From Octopus bimaculoides (taxonomy: Eukaryota): a DNA stretch of 64,000 bases. Of the stretch, positions 39,392-51,549 are shown piece after piece; position 1 is the stretch's first letter, and each line of letters starts with the position of its first letter. Below the pieces are notes generated by a model. The model searched no databases. It saw nothing but the letters and a program-made list of their open reading frames with translations, and had not been told where the DNA came from. A program made the translations under genes and the position numbers. Location of the stretch: the NCBI RefSeq assembly GCF_001194135.2, contig NC_069002.1, positions 24,676,501 through 24,740,500 of the forward strand, given 5' to 3'.

Positions 39392-40093
39392 NNNNNNNNN
39401 NNNNNNNNNNNNNNNNNNNNNNNNNNNNNNNNNNNNNNNNNNNNNNNNNNNNNNNNNNNNNNNNNNNNNNNNNNNNNNNNNNNNNNNNNNNNNNNNNNNN
39501 NNNNNNNNNNNNNNNNNNNNNNNNNNNNNNNNNNNNNNNNNNNNNNNNNNNNNNNNNNNNNNNNNNNNNNNNNNNNNNNNNNNNNNNNNNNNNNNNNNNN
39601 NNNNNNNNNNNNNNNNNNNNNNNNNNNNNNNNNNNNNNNNNNNNNNNNNNNNNNNNNNNNNNNNNNNNNNNNNNNNNNNNNNNNNNNNNNNNNNNNNNNN
39701 NNNNNNNNNNNNNNNNNNNNNNNNNNNNNNNNNNNNNNNNNNNNNNNNNNNNNNNNNNNNNNNNNNNNNNNNNNNNNNNNNNNNNNNNNNNNNNNNNNNN
39801 NNNNNNNNNNNNNNNNNNNNNNNNNNNNNNNNNNNNNNNNNNNNNNNNNNNNNNNNNNNNNNNNNNNNNNNNNNNNNNNNNNNNNNNNNNNNNNNNNNNN
39901 NNNNNNNNNNNNNNNNNNNNNNNNNNNNNNNNNNNNNNNNNNNNNNNNNNNNNNNNNNNNNNNNNNNNNNNNNNNNNNNNNNNNNNNNNNNNNNNNNNNN
40001 NNNNNNNNNNNNNNNNNNNNNNNNNNNNNNNNNNNNNNNNNNNNNNNNNNNNNNNNNNNNNNNNNNNNNNNNNNNNNNNNNNNNNNNNNNNNN

Positions 40094-40155
<62 letters not shown>

Positions 40156-42488
40156 ACTTTTTCTCTCTCTCTGTTTTTCTTCCTCTCTTTTTGTGTAAAT
40201 GTATCATCTCTCGCGCATTGCTTTCAATTTATTTACAACTTCGTCTTCTAATGTTTGTTTTCCTTTCACACACAAACCCTCCTTTCTGCTTGCGTAAAAT
40301 GGTCAAACTTTAAACTTTTGTAACATTTTTCGAAATTTGATGATTTTCACTTATCTTAAAATTTCAAAATATGTGACAGCAACAGAATAGATCTGTATAT
40401 CTTTCATTTTTCGCTTTTCTCATGGCAAACTCTTCCCCTCTCTATGTATAATATATTTATCACATACTCCCTCACTATTACGTATATAGTTCTCGCTGAG
40501 TGTGTATGCTTCATATTGTGTGTATGCATGTATGTAACGAATTTCATCAGGGCGAGAGAGTGATTTAAAATGAAGTTGTATAAAAGATATTTTCTTTTGA
40601 TAGCATACTTTTTTATTAGTAAATATGTACACGCGCGTGCGCTTGGTGCGGGTCGGGGATTAAACATTTAAAATGACAAAATCTTTGTGTTGTTGCTTAA
40701 ATCCCCACAATGGACTACCGCATCATCACTCCATAAAACGGGATTATGGTGTAAAGAACATTTACAAATATCAATACATGTGGTAAAGAAACGAGGACGG
40801 TACCATGTGGTTGTGGGATGTGCTAAAAACAACTGTAAAATCTCTTAAATCACCTGTTCGTCTGAAAATTATTTTGAAATTATAAACCGTAACAAATTGC
40901 AGATTCGGACTATCCGTATGTTAAAACTTTAATTCTAAAACTTCCGAAAATAGCCGAAATTTGAGAACTAGCGGAGTGTGGCGGGGTTAATGAGAATTTT
41001 TGTTTTATTAATTATTGTTTTTAATTCACTCTTCATTATCTGTGTGATAATAAAGGAAGCGGGTCTTGTAATGGTGACCGCTGATTTCCAATTTTTTAAT
41101 CACTTTCAAGGCTTCTCCCATCTTTTTTAAAAAAGAAATTGCTCAAAATTGGTACTGAGTGGGGGAATAGTGTTTGAAAATATTCATTAATTTTCAAATT
41201 TTGTATCAGTTTTATTTATTTATTTTTTACTACAAAGGCGTTTTCCGTTTTTTTAACATGCGTAGTGCAAAAGAATTGGACAAAATCGGTCTAGAAGCAG
41301 AGAAGGGGAATTCAGGAATTTTCAAAACTCATTTGCAAAGGTGTGGTGAAAGAAAAAATTGAAAATCATCCCCGTCAAAAGGGAGAAAATANNNNNNNNN
41401 NNNNNNNNNNNNNNNNNNNNNNNNNNNNNNNNNNNNNNNNNNNNNNNNNNNNNNNNNNNNNNNNNNNNNNNNNNNNNNNNNNNNNNNNNNNNNNNNNNNN
41501 NNNNNNNNNNNNNNNNNNNNNNNNNNNNNNNNNNNNNNNNNNNNNNNNNNNNNNNNNNNNNNNNNNNNNNNNNNNNNNNNNNNNNNNNNNNNNNNNNNNN
41601 NNNNNNNNNNNNNNNNNNNNNNNNNNNNNNNNNNNNNNNNNNNNNNNNNNNNNNNNNNNNNNNNNNNNNNNNNNNNNNNNNNNNNNNNNNNNNNNNNNNN
41701 NNNNNNNNNNNNNNNNNNNNNNNNNNNNNNNNNNNNNNNNNNNNNNNNNNNNNNNNNNNNNNNNNNNNNNNNNNNNNNNNTGTGTGTGTGTGTGTGTGTG
41801 TGGGTGTGTGTGTGTGTGTGTGTGTGTGTGTTTAAATATATATGTATATGAATTTTTAATTTAGGTTTAATTTTTAATTCAAATTTGGCATCGTCTTCCC
41901 ACTGGACATTTCTACTACTTACTTGCCCTATGCTACATATATGGTGCTATATAATTCTAATTTCCATTCTCATCTATAGAGGGATACCACTTTACTCTCC
42001 GATACCTATTTACTTATATCTTCAAATAACCATTGAAGCCGTGAGCTATGGTTCAATATCCAACATGACTACCAACTCTTTCTCACACGGATACCAATAC
42101 AACTCTCCTAGATCCAATTTTTCTTCTCTATTCCTTTTTAAGTTCCTTGTATTAAGGTTTCTTTCCTTCCTGTGCTGAAGAGTACGCTGATATTTATTTT
42201 ATTTAATTCAATCATAAATTTATATTATTATATCTGTACGAAACGATCGTTTGCACGAATTAAACTTCTTATAAATTTAAACAACGTGTTTCCCCCATTA
42301 TTAACGAAATTGCTAGGATTTATGGAACCTAAATTCTATAAATTCATCATACATTATATACAAGTACTACTGTCATATCTTCGCAAATTTACACCTGTAA
42401 ACTCCCAGCAAAGTATGAAGAATCAACATTAGAAATCTTTTTTGGAAACTTCCAATTAAAGAACGAATCCACATTCAACCTTTTTACA

Positions 42489-42529
<41 letters not shown>

Positions 42530-42850
42530 GTACAAATTTAAATGAGTCTCAGTTGATTTCAACGATGAATATGTTAGGTGTTCAATCGAGATAACTACCG
42601 ACATACCGACATACCCTCTGTCCATGTAAGTGTCTGAATATTCTACAAAAATGTCACACCCTATATAGTTCTGCGAGAAAAACCGACGTCAGACATTATC
42701 CGACTGAGGTACCACGCTATATTGATGATAAGGCCCAGAAGCTTCTGTTTACTTTACTGTATGTGTTTAATTTCACTTACTAGGCACGAATAGATAAAAT
42801 CCTGTGGTTGAAAAGACTCTAATCATAAAGTAATCATAAGTGCTTGTTCG

Positions 42851-42907
<57 letters not shown>

Positions 42908-42999
42908 CAATCTATCTATCTTTCTATCTATCTATCTATCTTCCTATCTATCTATCTATTTATCTATCTATATCTATATCTATATATACATAATATAAT

Positions 43000-43320
43000 A
43001 TAGGATAAATTCTTTATAAGAATTTATCAAGTAGTCAACGTGAAAAAAACCTCATAATGAAAAAATAACGAAAAATTTCGTAATGAAAAAATTCATCATT
43101 TCCTCATAAATATAATTAATTATATATAAGGGCATCAACTGTGCATTAATGCCTCACGCTTCGAGAGACTAAATAAGTCAAAAACTACCAAAAATAAGCA
43201 ACATATTTACTGAAAGCAAGGGAATGCAGCTTTCAAAATTTATCTCTTAAAAACATTTAACTCAACAGTAGACCACTGGTTTCTCAATCAAATACAGAAA
43301 AACTGTGAAGTAACCTGTAT
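43000..43320. repeat. Dispersed palindrome-bearing module (copy 3 of 3)
   Basis: ggataaattctttataagaatttatcaagtagtcaacgtgaaaa..gggcatcaac..taatgcctcacgctt..aagcaagggaatgcagctttcaaa. Confidence 0.85.
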
Positions 43321-43823
43321 NNNNNNNNNNNNNNNNNNNNNNNNNNNNNNNNNNNNNNNNNNNNNNNNNNNNNNNNNNNNNNNNNNNNNNNNNNNNNNNN
43401 NNNNNNNNNNNNNNNNNNNNNNNNNNNNNNNNNNNNNNNNNNNNNNNNNNNNNNNNNNNNNNNNNNNNNNNNNNNNNNNNNNNNNNNNNNNNNNNNNNNN
43501 NNNNNNNNNNNNNNNNNNNNNNNNNNNNNNNNNNNNNNNNNNNNNNNNNNNNNNNNNNNNNNNNNNNNNNNNNNNNNNNNNNNNNNNNNNNNNNNNNNNN
43601 NNNNNNNNNNNNNNNNNNNNNNNNNNNNNNNNNNNNNNNNNNNNNNNNNNNNNNNNNNNNNNNNNNNNNNNNNNNNNNNNNNNNNNNNNNNNNNNNNNNN
43701 NNNNNNNNNNNNNNNNNNNNNNNNNNNNNNNNNNNNNNNNNNNNNNNNNNNNNNNNNNNNNNNNNNNNNNNNNNNNNNNNNNNNNNNNNNNNNNNNNNNN
43801 NNNNNNNNNNNNNNNNNNNNNNN

Positions 43824-43869
<46 letters not shown>

Positions 43870-44356
43870 CGACATACAGGCACAAATATAGGGTAAATGA
43901 AAGCCTAGCTTGATACACATAAATGGATACGATATAGATAAATAGATATATACAAACATACATACATACATACATACATATATGCATACATATAGTTTGC
44001 TAATCCGTTAAATATTCCATGCAGTGGGAGGTAAATATCATTTAATGTACATTGTATTAAAATAAAAGTTGCTAATAGTTTTTACCATAACCCCATGGGC
44101 TGTGGCAGGTTTTATAACATCTCTTGTGTCTCCAAGCAATCCTCAAGCTCTGAGCAAATGGTTTGTTCTATTTGAAAATTCAGACGGTGGTACATGAGAA
44201 ACCAATCTCCTGATTTTGAGGTAGAACAAATCATATTCTCCGAGACCGAAGATTGATTTGAGAATTAAGAGACGTTACAAAACCCTTCGAAGCTCATGAC
44301 TTAATGGCAAACATGTATTAGTAACTCTTACTTTAATACTCTATACATTAAGTGTT

Positions 44357-44432
<76 letters not shown>

Positions 44433-44718
44433 ACACACACACAACCCTTCTATATAAATGTACATAGCAAAATACAGCAAGAATATCCAATGATTTCGAA
44501 TTCACAAGTAGGTCTTCGTTAGAAATTGAAAAATGTTCCGAATCGCTATATTACAGAGAGGAGCACTTGTTTGTATAGATATTCTGCTTTACAAGAATAG
44601 AATGAAAGCAAAAATTATAGATATCAACAAAAATAGCGTCTATATATAAAAAGAGATAAAAAGGAGAAACATACAAACAGATGTAGACAGAGAGATAGAG
44701 AGATAGAGAGATAGGTAG

Positions 44719-44760
<42 letters not shown>

Positions 44761-45256
44761 TGGTGTATCTATATATATATATATATATATTTAGACATAC
44801 ACACATATGTATATATAACAGATATATGTCTGTGTATGTCTAAATGTATACCAAAGCGCGCGAACATACAGAGAAAGAGTGGGAGAGAGAGAGAGAGAGG
44901 TGGAGAGAACGGAACCTATGTTTTTCCTCGAATATATATTAGTTCGGTATTTTATTGTCAGGTCTAAATTCTTCCATTCCAGAAGCTGTATACAAAGCAA
45001 ATTTTAGTCATTGAGCAAATAATATATTCTTGAAATTGTTTGTCAAAACAGCACCAATTGGTAAAGTTCGCAATGGACTTTTATCAACATCAACTCAAAA
45101 CTTAACATTTACGAATATTTTATGCGTTTTTTCAGTATTTTCTTCTTTAATATAAGACTACATGTACTGGTTAAATTTTTTGAACGCAACACAATTATAC
45201 ACTTGTCCGAAAGATTGAACTGTTGAAGTTTGAAGAACAGATAGCTGAATATCAGA

Positions 45257-45314
<58 letters not shown>

Positions 45315-45324
45315 NNNNNNNNNN

Positions 45325-45356
<32 letters not shown>

Positions 45357-45495
45357 GACGTGTATTCTCTTCAGAACGTATTAGGATACAAATAGAGCTC
45401 GTTCACCCTTAAGTAACCCACATATAGCCGGTAGTATTCTCATGTTATGCTACCAATTCTAGTCTTAGGTATTCCTCGTGTGTGAAAATAAAAAG

Positions 45496-45890
45496 TAAAG
45501 AGTAAAAGAGTCAAAAGGAGGAGTAAGTACTGTTAGGCATGTGCAGAATAACATGTGAAACTAAGTAAAGGAACAGACAATGTGCTCATTGCCGCTCTTG
45601 TCGAACGTGATAACATACTTATAGCGAGCGGATTGAAACCGTTAGCGTTTGTTAGTTAGGATGTGATAGCATTGAAATCAAGATTTAATTACGGAGACAG
45701 CGATTAAATATCGCCTGAGGAGATACGTATGGGTCTTATTATACAGGTAAATCATTACCTAATTTAATTTAATTTTAATTTTAATTTAAGTGCTGTATAT
45801 ACGTAGATCTATATCTATCGAAACATTTGTAGTGATCATTAAAAAGCTGCCTAACCTACGTACTCTTTCTTTTGACTCTTTTACTCTTTA
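45496..45890. repeat. About 44-bp imperfect inverted repeats enclosing about 310 bp (MITE-like)
   Basis: taaagagtaaaagagtcaaaagg..ttaggca (45496-45539) vs tgcctaa..cttttgactcttttactcttta (45848-45890). Confidence 0.6.
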
Positions 45891-46072
45891 TATATATACA
45901 TATATATAATAGAGAAATTATACACAATGTTTAAAATAGATGATAAGTAAAGCAGCGGCACAGTTTCGATTACCTGTTGTTATTCGTAGATTTATTGAAG
46001 GAACTTCGTAGTGGCGGTTGGGATAAGAGTATTAATAAAATAGGAGATGGAATGTGTAATAGACTTTATTGG

Positions 46073-46114
46073 GTACAACACCTGCTTCGACCCGTACTGG
46101 GTCTCTTCAGGTAC
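46073..46114 (-). ncRNA. Minimal type-I hammerhead motif with a mutated core position, pLTR-like context
   Basis: guac-CUGAAGA-GACCC-AGUAC-GGGUC-GAAGC-AGGU-GUU-guac, followed by ccAAUAAA. Stems I and II are perfect; A15.1 is G. Confidence 0.65.
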
Positions 46115-47164
46115 ATCAATAAAAAGTCTCACTAGAGATTTCTTGAGTCGGCTTACGTTCCGTTATATGTCCATCAAATTCGAGAATGAGCAAAATCAGA
46201 AAAAAAAATTATTGAAACGCAGAAAATTCAAATATGAACGTAGAAAGTATGCATTTTAGTTTAGAGAAAATGACGCAAGGAGCTTTCGCTGTCGTAACTG
46301 TTAATAGAACGAAAAGGAAGTAGACGTTGAAAGGAAGATAATACTTAAAAGAATTTTTTTTGTGTTCGCGCTTAGACGCTTCTGTATATATACAGGTGTA
46401 TATATATATATACGCACATATACATACACACTCACACACGCACATCTAAGTATATGGGCATATACATACAATTGGATACACGAATATATACATACATAAG
46501 TATAGGAACTCATATACGCAGGTACACACGTGTATATATACATAGATATACGTTCGTAGCATAGATAAATATGTGCATAGATTCATAAGTAAGACAATAA
46601 GCAGACGTCTGTGCAAAGCTTGACACATACGTGTTAACACGTTCGCGTATACACATAAGTGAATATATATATGGACAAACACACACACACACACACATAT
46701 ATATACATATATATATATTTGTATATATATACATGTACACATACACACACATATATATATGTATACATATACACACATACACGCACGCCCGCATACACGT
46801 ATAAACACATTCACACTAACATATACATACACCTACAAAAACGCAAATGCGCACAGATGAATATATAGACATATATATTTATATAAATATTTATATCCAT
46901 ATCTCTATATATATATATGTACATATGCACATGCGCACACACACATACATATAAACACATATATATACATATATACATATATACTCATACACGTACACAT
47001 ATATGCATATACACACATACATACACACACACATATATATATATACATATACATACATACATATATGTATATGGATCTAGATTGCAAGATCATATGTCAA
47101 ATACAAGGTATTCTAATATAGTTCCTCAAGTTTATGTGTATTAAGAGTCGTGCGCGCCATGTAT

Positions 47165-47925
47165 ACATCAAGTTATGTATGGTCGGGATTGTAATATGTG
47201 AATGTGTGTTTAAGTGCGTGTAGGCATCAATGAATTTATTTATAATGCGCTCCTTTTTTCAACATTATCGAGAGCAACTCCGTGGAGCATACCTAGCATT
47301 ACATATTGTTGTAAGGACACGCGTGTCTAAGTATGGACCATGTAAGGTCGTATTTTGTCTTTGCTTCCTTAAGCCTGCAGATAAGATCGGCCAGTGATGC
47401 TACATATCGTTTAAGGATATTGCGAAAGCTGGCGATGTATTTACCAAAAAATCAGCCGATGCCCTGATATATATATAGTGCACTTGTATACAACGTTCTT
47501 AGTCATACATTGGTTATCCAAAGGACAATTAGGTTTATCTCTGCATGAGCATACCTCTTTGATTTTGTTAGCCTGTGTACATCGAGCGACGGTTCTGTTC
47601 TGTATGCTGGTTATCAATACTATGGTTTTATTACCATTAGGTATTCTCAGTTTATTATTTGAATTGTTGCTGGTGTTATTTTTTGGATGGTTATCATGGA
47701 TATTGTAATTATTGCTGTATTGGTTGGTAGTATAATTGGAGTTATAAACATTGATTTTACGTTGGTCATATGAGTTATGTTTGATGTCGAGAAGGTTATT
47801 TTGACTGCTGACTAATCTTCGCCTCAGTTTACGGTCGTTAATCCTATGAATAAGGTACTCTAAGTTTGATGGATTTGCATAGCACAGTTTTATAGTGTAA
47901 CGGTTTATTATTTTACTTGTATCAG
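47165..47925 (-). mobile_element. Penelope-like element remnant (linker plus GIY-YIG region)
   Basis: KIINRYTIKLCY..CSCRDKPNCPLDNQCMTKNVVYKCTI, then frameshifted LKEAKTKYDLTWSILRHACPY..C.VCSTE. Confidence 0.85.
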
Positions 47926-48112
47926 TCATTTGAATACGGCCATGCTGGAACATCACCTTTAGTGGAACAAATCAACCCCAGGAATTATTCTTTGTAAGCC
48001 TAGTACTTATTCAATCGGTGTCTTTTGCTGAACCGCCAGGTTACGGGGACGTAAATGCACCAACATCGGTTGTTAAGTGATGGTGTCGGGGGACATACAC
48101 AGACACACACAA
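47925..48112 (-). mobile_element. 3' half of a CORE-type SINE abutting the Penelope remnant
   Basis: ggccatgctgg..gtaagcctagtactta..gaaccgccaggttacggggacgtaaa. Confidence 0.87.
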
Positions 48113-48789
48113 ATGAATATATACGTATCTATATATATTTATATATATGTATATATACATATATANNNNNNNNNNNNNNNNNNNNNNNNNNNNNNNNNNN
48201 NNNNNNNNNNNNNNNNNNNNNNNNNNNNNNNNNNNNNNNNNNNNNNNNNNNNNNNNNNNNNNNNNNNNNNNNNNNNNNNNNNNNNNNNNNNNNNNNNNNN
48301 NNNNNNNNNNNNNNNNNNNNNNNNNNNNNNNNNNNNNNNNNNNNNNNNNNNNNNNNNNNNNNNNNNNNNNNNNNNNNNNNNNNNNNNNNNNNNNNNNNNN
48401 NNNNNNNNNNNNNNNNNNNNNNNNNNNNNNNNNNNNNNNNNNNNNNNNNNNNNNNNNNNNNNNNNNNNNNNNNNNNNNNNNNNNNNNNNNNNNNNNNNNN
48501 NNNNNNNNNNNNNNNNNNNNNNNNNNNNNNNNNNNNNNNNNNNNNNNNNNNNNNNNNNNNNNNNNNNNNNNNNNNNNNNNNNNNNNNNNNNNNNNNNNNN
48601 NNNNNNNNNNNNNNNNNNNNNNNNNNNNNNNNNNNNNNNNNNNNNNNNNNNNNAATAATAATAATAATAATAATAATAATAGTAATAATAATAATAATAA
48701 ACTGCCACTAACTTTTGCTATTCCAGATTGAAGAAGACAGCTGTATCAGCACTTTGAACACATCCTACTAAACACTGCTGACTTGTTCG

Positions 48790-49312
48790 CCGAATGATTT
48801 CGGGACGTGAAGACAATTCTGAAGCTTGGCAGAAAACTCTACAGAAACTTATAAGACTGCTTCTAGATTAACTGGATTAACAGCTGAACATCTGTTTTAC
48901 GCAGGCACAAGATACAAGACAAAGCAAATCCAACAGATTATCGTCTTTTTCGACAGTAAGGGCCTCATCTACATCTGGCCAGACTGTCGACAAAGAGTAT
49001 CGTATAGAGGTTTTGAGGGAATTCAGAAAAGGATTTCGTCGCATCAGGACAATGCAAAAGTCCACAATTATATCCTGGTAACCAACGAATTGACAGAAGC
49101 AGACATCAGAACTGTTTACCACCCTCCCTACAGTCCAAACTTTCTTCCCTGTAACTTGCAGTTGTTCCTCCAGCGGAAGTAGATGAAGGATTCTACAACA
49201 AGGGTCTTGGACACCTTCACATTGGAGAATTTCCATGGGACTTTATAGAAGCGACTAGAGTTCTGCAACAAGTGCATTGAGGTCACATGGTCCTACTTTG
49301 AAGGAGAATAGA
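48790..49312 (+). mobile_element. Mariner (Tc1/mariner, DD34D-type) transposase remnant
   Basis: IIVFFDSKGLIY, GQTVDKEY, HQDNAKVH, HPPYSPNFLPCN, NKCIEV..YFEGE*. Confidence 0.88.
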
Positions 49313-49793
49313 CTTTTATATTTATATGAAATTAATGTATGTCTTTCCTGAAGAGTCTCAAAACGTCTGTAATGCACCGTGTAGTCGTGGTATTTTCTTC
49401 TTGGAATAATTGTTAGTGTGAATGGTTGTATTTATGTGTTCATTAAATTGAAACCAGATTTCAAATGTTATATTTGATTCGCATATTAGAGATATTTTTC
49501 GCAGTTACCATACCATATATGTTAGTGTGTAATAATATGGAAAACGAACTAGCAGTAATGTGTGTTTAATATATATATTAAGATATGGAGAGCAAAATAC
49601 CAGTTGTGAGATCTGTTCCAAAACCCATAAAATATCGAGGAATTCCATATTTTGTGTTGAGTCAATTTTTCTAATAATTTTGCTTGAAATATTTTTTTAT
49701 ATCTCAGAGAACATTTATGCCAGTGTTAATATGGATATTTATACGCGCCTACCCCTGCCTTTCTATATGCATACACACACGCACACATATGTA

Positions 49794-49835
<42 letters not shown>

Positions 49836-49874
49836 TAGATATACTTATATATATATGTATATGTATATACATAC

Positions 49875-49915
<41 letters not shown>

Positions 49916-50036
49916 CATTTATATTTAATATGCTATATATGACATATATATCATGTATGAATTATATATTATTGTGTATGTATGTATATATATACACACT
50001 CACACACACACGTACACTCACACACACTCACATACG

Positions 50037-50067
<31 letters not shown>

Positions 50068-50604
50068 TATATTATATTATATTATATTATATTATATTAT
50101 ATTATATATACGCATATTTTTGTTGAAATATAATCATAAACTCTGTAAATCAGAAGAGCACTCAACATTACGTTAGAACTATATATAGATTTGTACATTG
50201 ACGGATATAGATACATGGCTCGTGATTGAATGCTTGGCTATCTTACACAAAAGAATTTTTTAGTAAACACAAGTTTCAATATATAGATATAATTATAGAT
50301 ATCTATTCATGCAGCATAAAAAAACATATTCTACATCCCATTCTGTGGATCGCAGAAAAACCATCGCAATTTTGTTGAAGTAAATAATATTGTTATCTAC
50401 TTTCTTTTTGTCTGATTCTGTGTGGGTTTTTTTTTTTTTTACTCTGTTTTAGTTTTCAATCTCTTCTGTAGCAATTTATTGTATGTTATTCTTCTATAGT
50501 GTAACTTGAACATTTACAATAACATAGCAATGTGTATCTATGAGCACGCGTATGTCTGTTTGTGTAGATGTGTGTGTTTGGGTTGGTGCGTGTGTATGTG
50601 TGTG

Positions 50605-50652
<48 letters not shown>

Positions 50653-50794
50653 TCTGTGTATTTGCGTGCGCTTGTGCTCTTAAATTAATAGAATCTTTAG
50701 ATTTATTCTTCTATTGAAGAACAGTTCTTGATATTAACTGAAAAATATGGTTTATATAATGTTGACGACAACAATACTAACAGTGATAATAATA

Positions 50795-50827
50795 ATATTG
50801 ATGATGATGATGATGACGACGACGAGG

Positions 50828-50870
<43 letters not shown>
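50795..50870. repeat. (GAT)n microsatellite
   Basis: Direct reading. Confidence 0.95.
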
Positions 50871-50871
<1 letters not shown>

Positions 50872-51030
50872 GCGGTTGGGAATACCATGCAAGATTGGTA
50901 TCATTCAAAAATCAGTCTTGTTCGGTACTGCACATTTTGAGGATTGTGTTATCTGCCTGAGGTCCTTGTAACATGACAGAGGACTAAATACACCGATGCG
51001 TTTTCTATCTACACTGAGTGACAAAGTAAG
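50870..51030 (+). mobile_element. 3' end of an R4/Dong-clade LINE running into (TAA)n
   Basis: KRLGIPCKIGIIQKSVLFGTAH matches the R4/Dong C-terminus; a short UTR precedes the (AAT)n array. Confidence 0.65.
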
Positions 51031-51046
51031 AACAATAATAATGATG

Positions 51047-51130
<84 letters not shown>

Positions 51131-51293
51131 GATGTCTTATTTTTTGAACAACATTTCGACAGAACGTCTGTCTTTCTCAAGTTCAAACCAAAAGGTGATT
51201 GAAAATTCANNNNNNNNNNNNNNNNNNNNNNNNNNNNNNNNNNNNNNNNNNNNNNNNNNNNNNNNNNNNNNNNNNNNNNNNNNNTTTTTTTAA

Positions 51294-51378
<85 letters not shown>

Positions 51379-51382
51379 TATA
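51031..51382. repeat. Two (AAT)n arrays around a gap
   Basis: Direct reading: about 51031-51130 and 51295-51382. Confidence 0.95.
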
Positions 51383-51506
51383 ATCATCCTTTTATTGGCC
51401 ACACAGTGTGTATGTGCGTCCATATATGTATACATATATACAGATATAATTCTACAGAACAAGAAGTTGGAAGAAATTCATGTTGTCGCTATTGTAGCTA
51501 AGAATA

Positions 51507-51549
<43 letters not shown>

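Noticed and set aside
40625-41391. DNA-transposon terminal region
   Set aside because: The texture suggests a non-autonomous element, but no TIR pair, TSD or coding motif could be identified and it ends in a gap.
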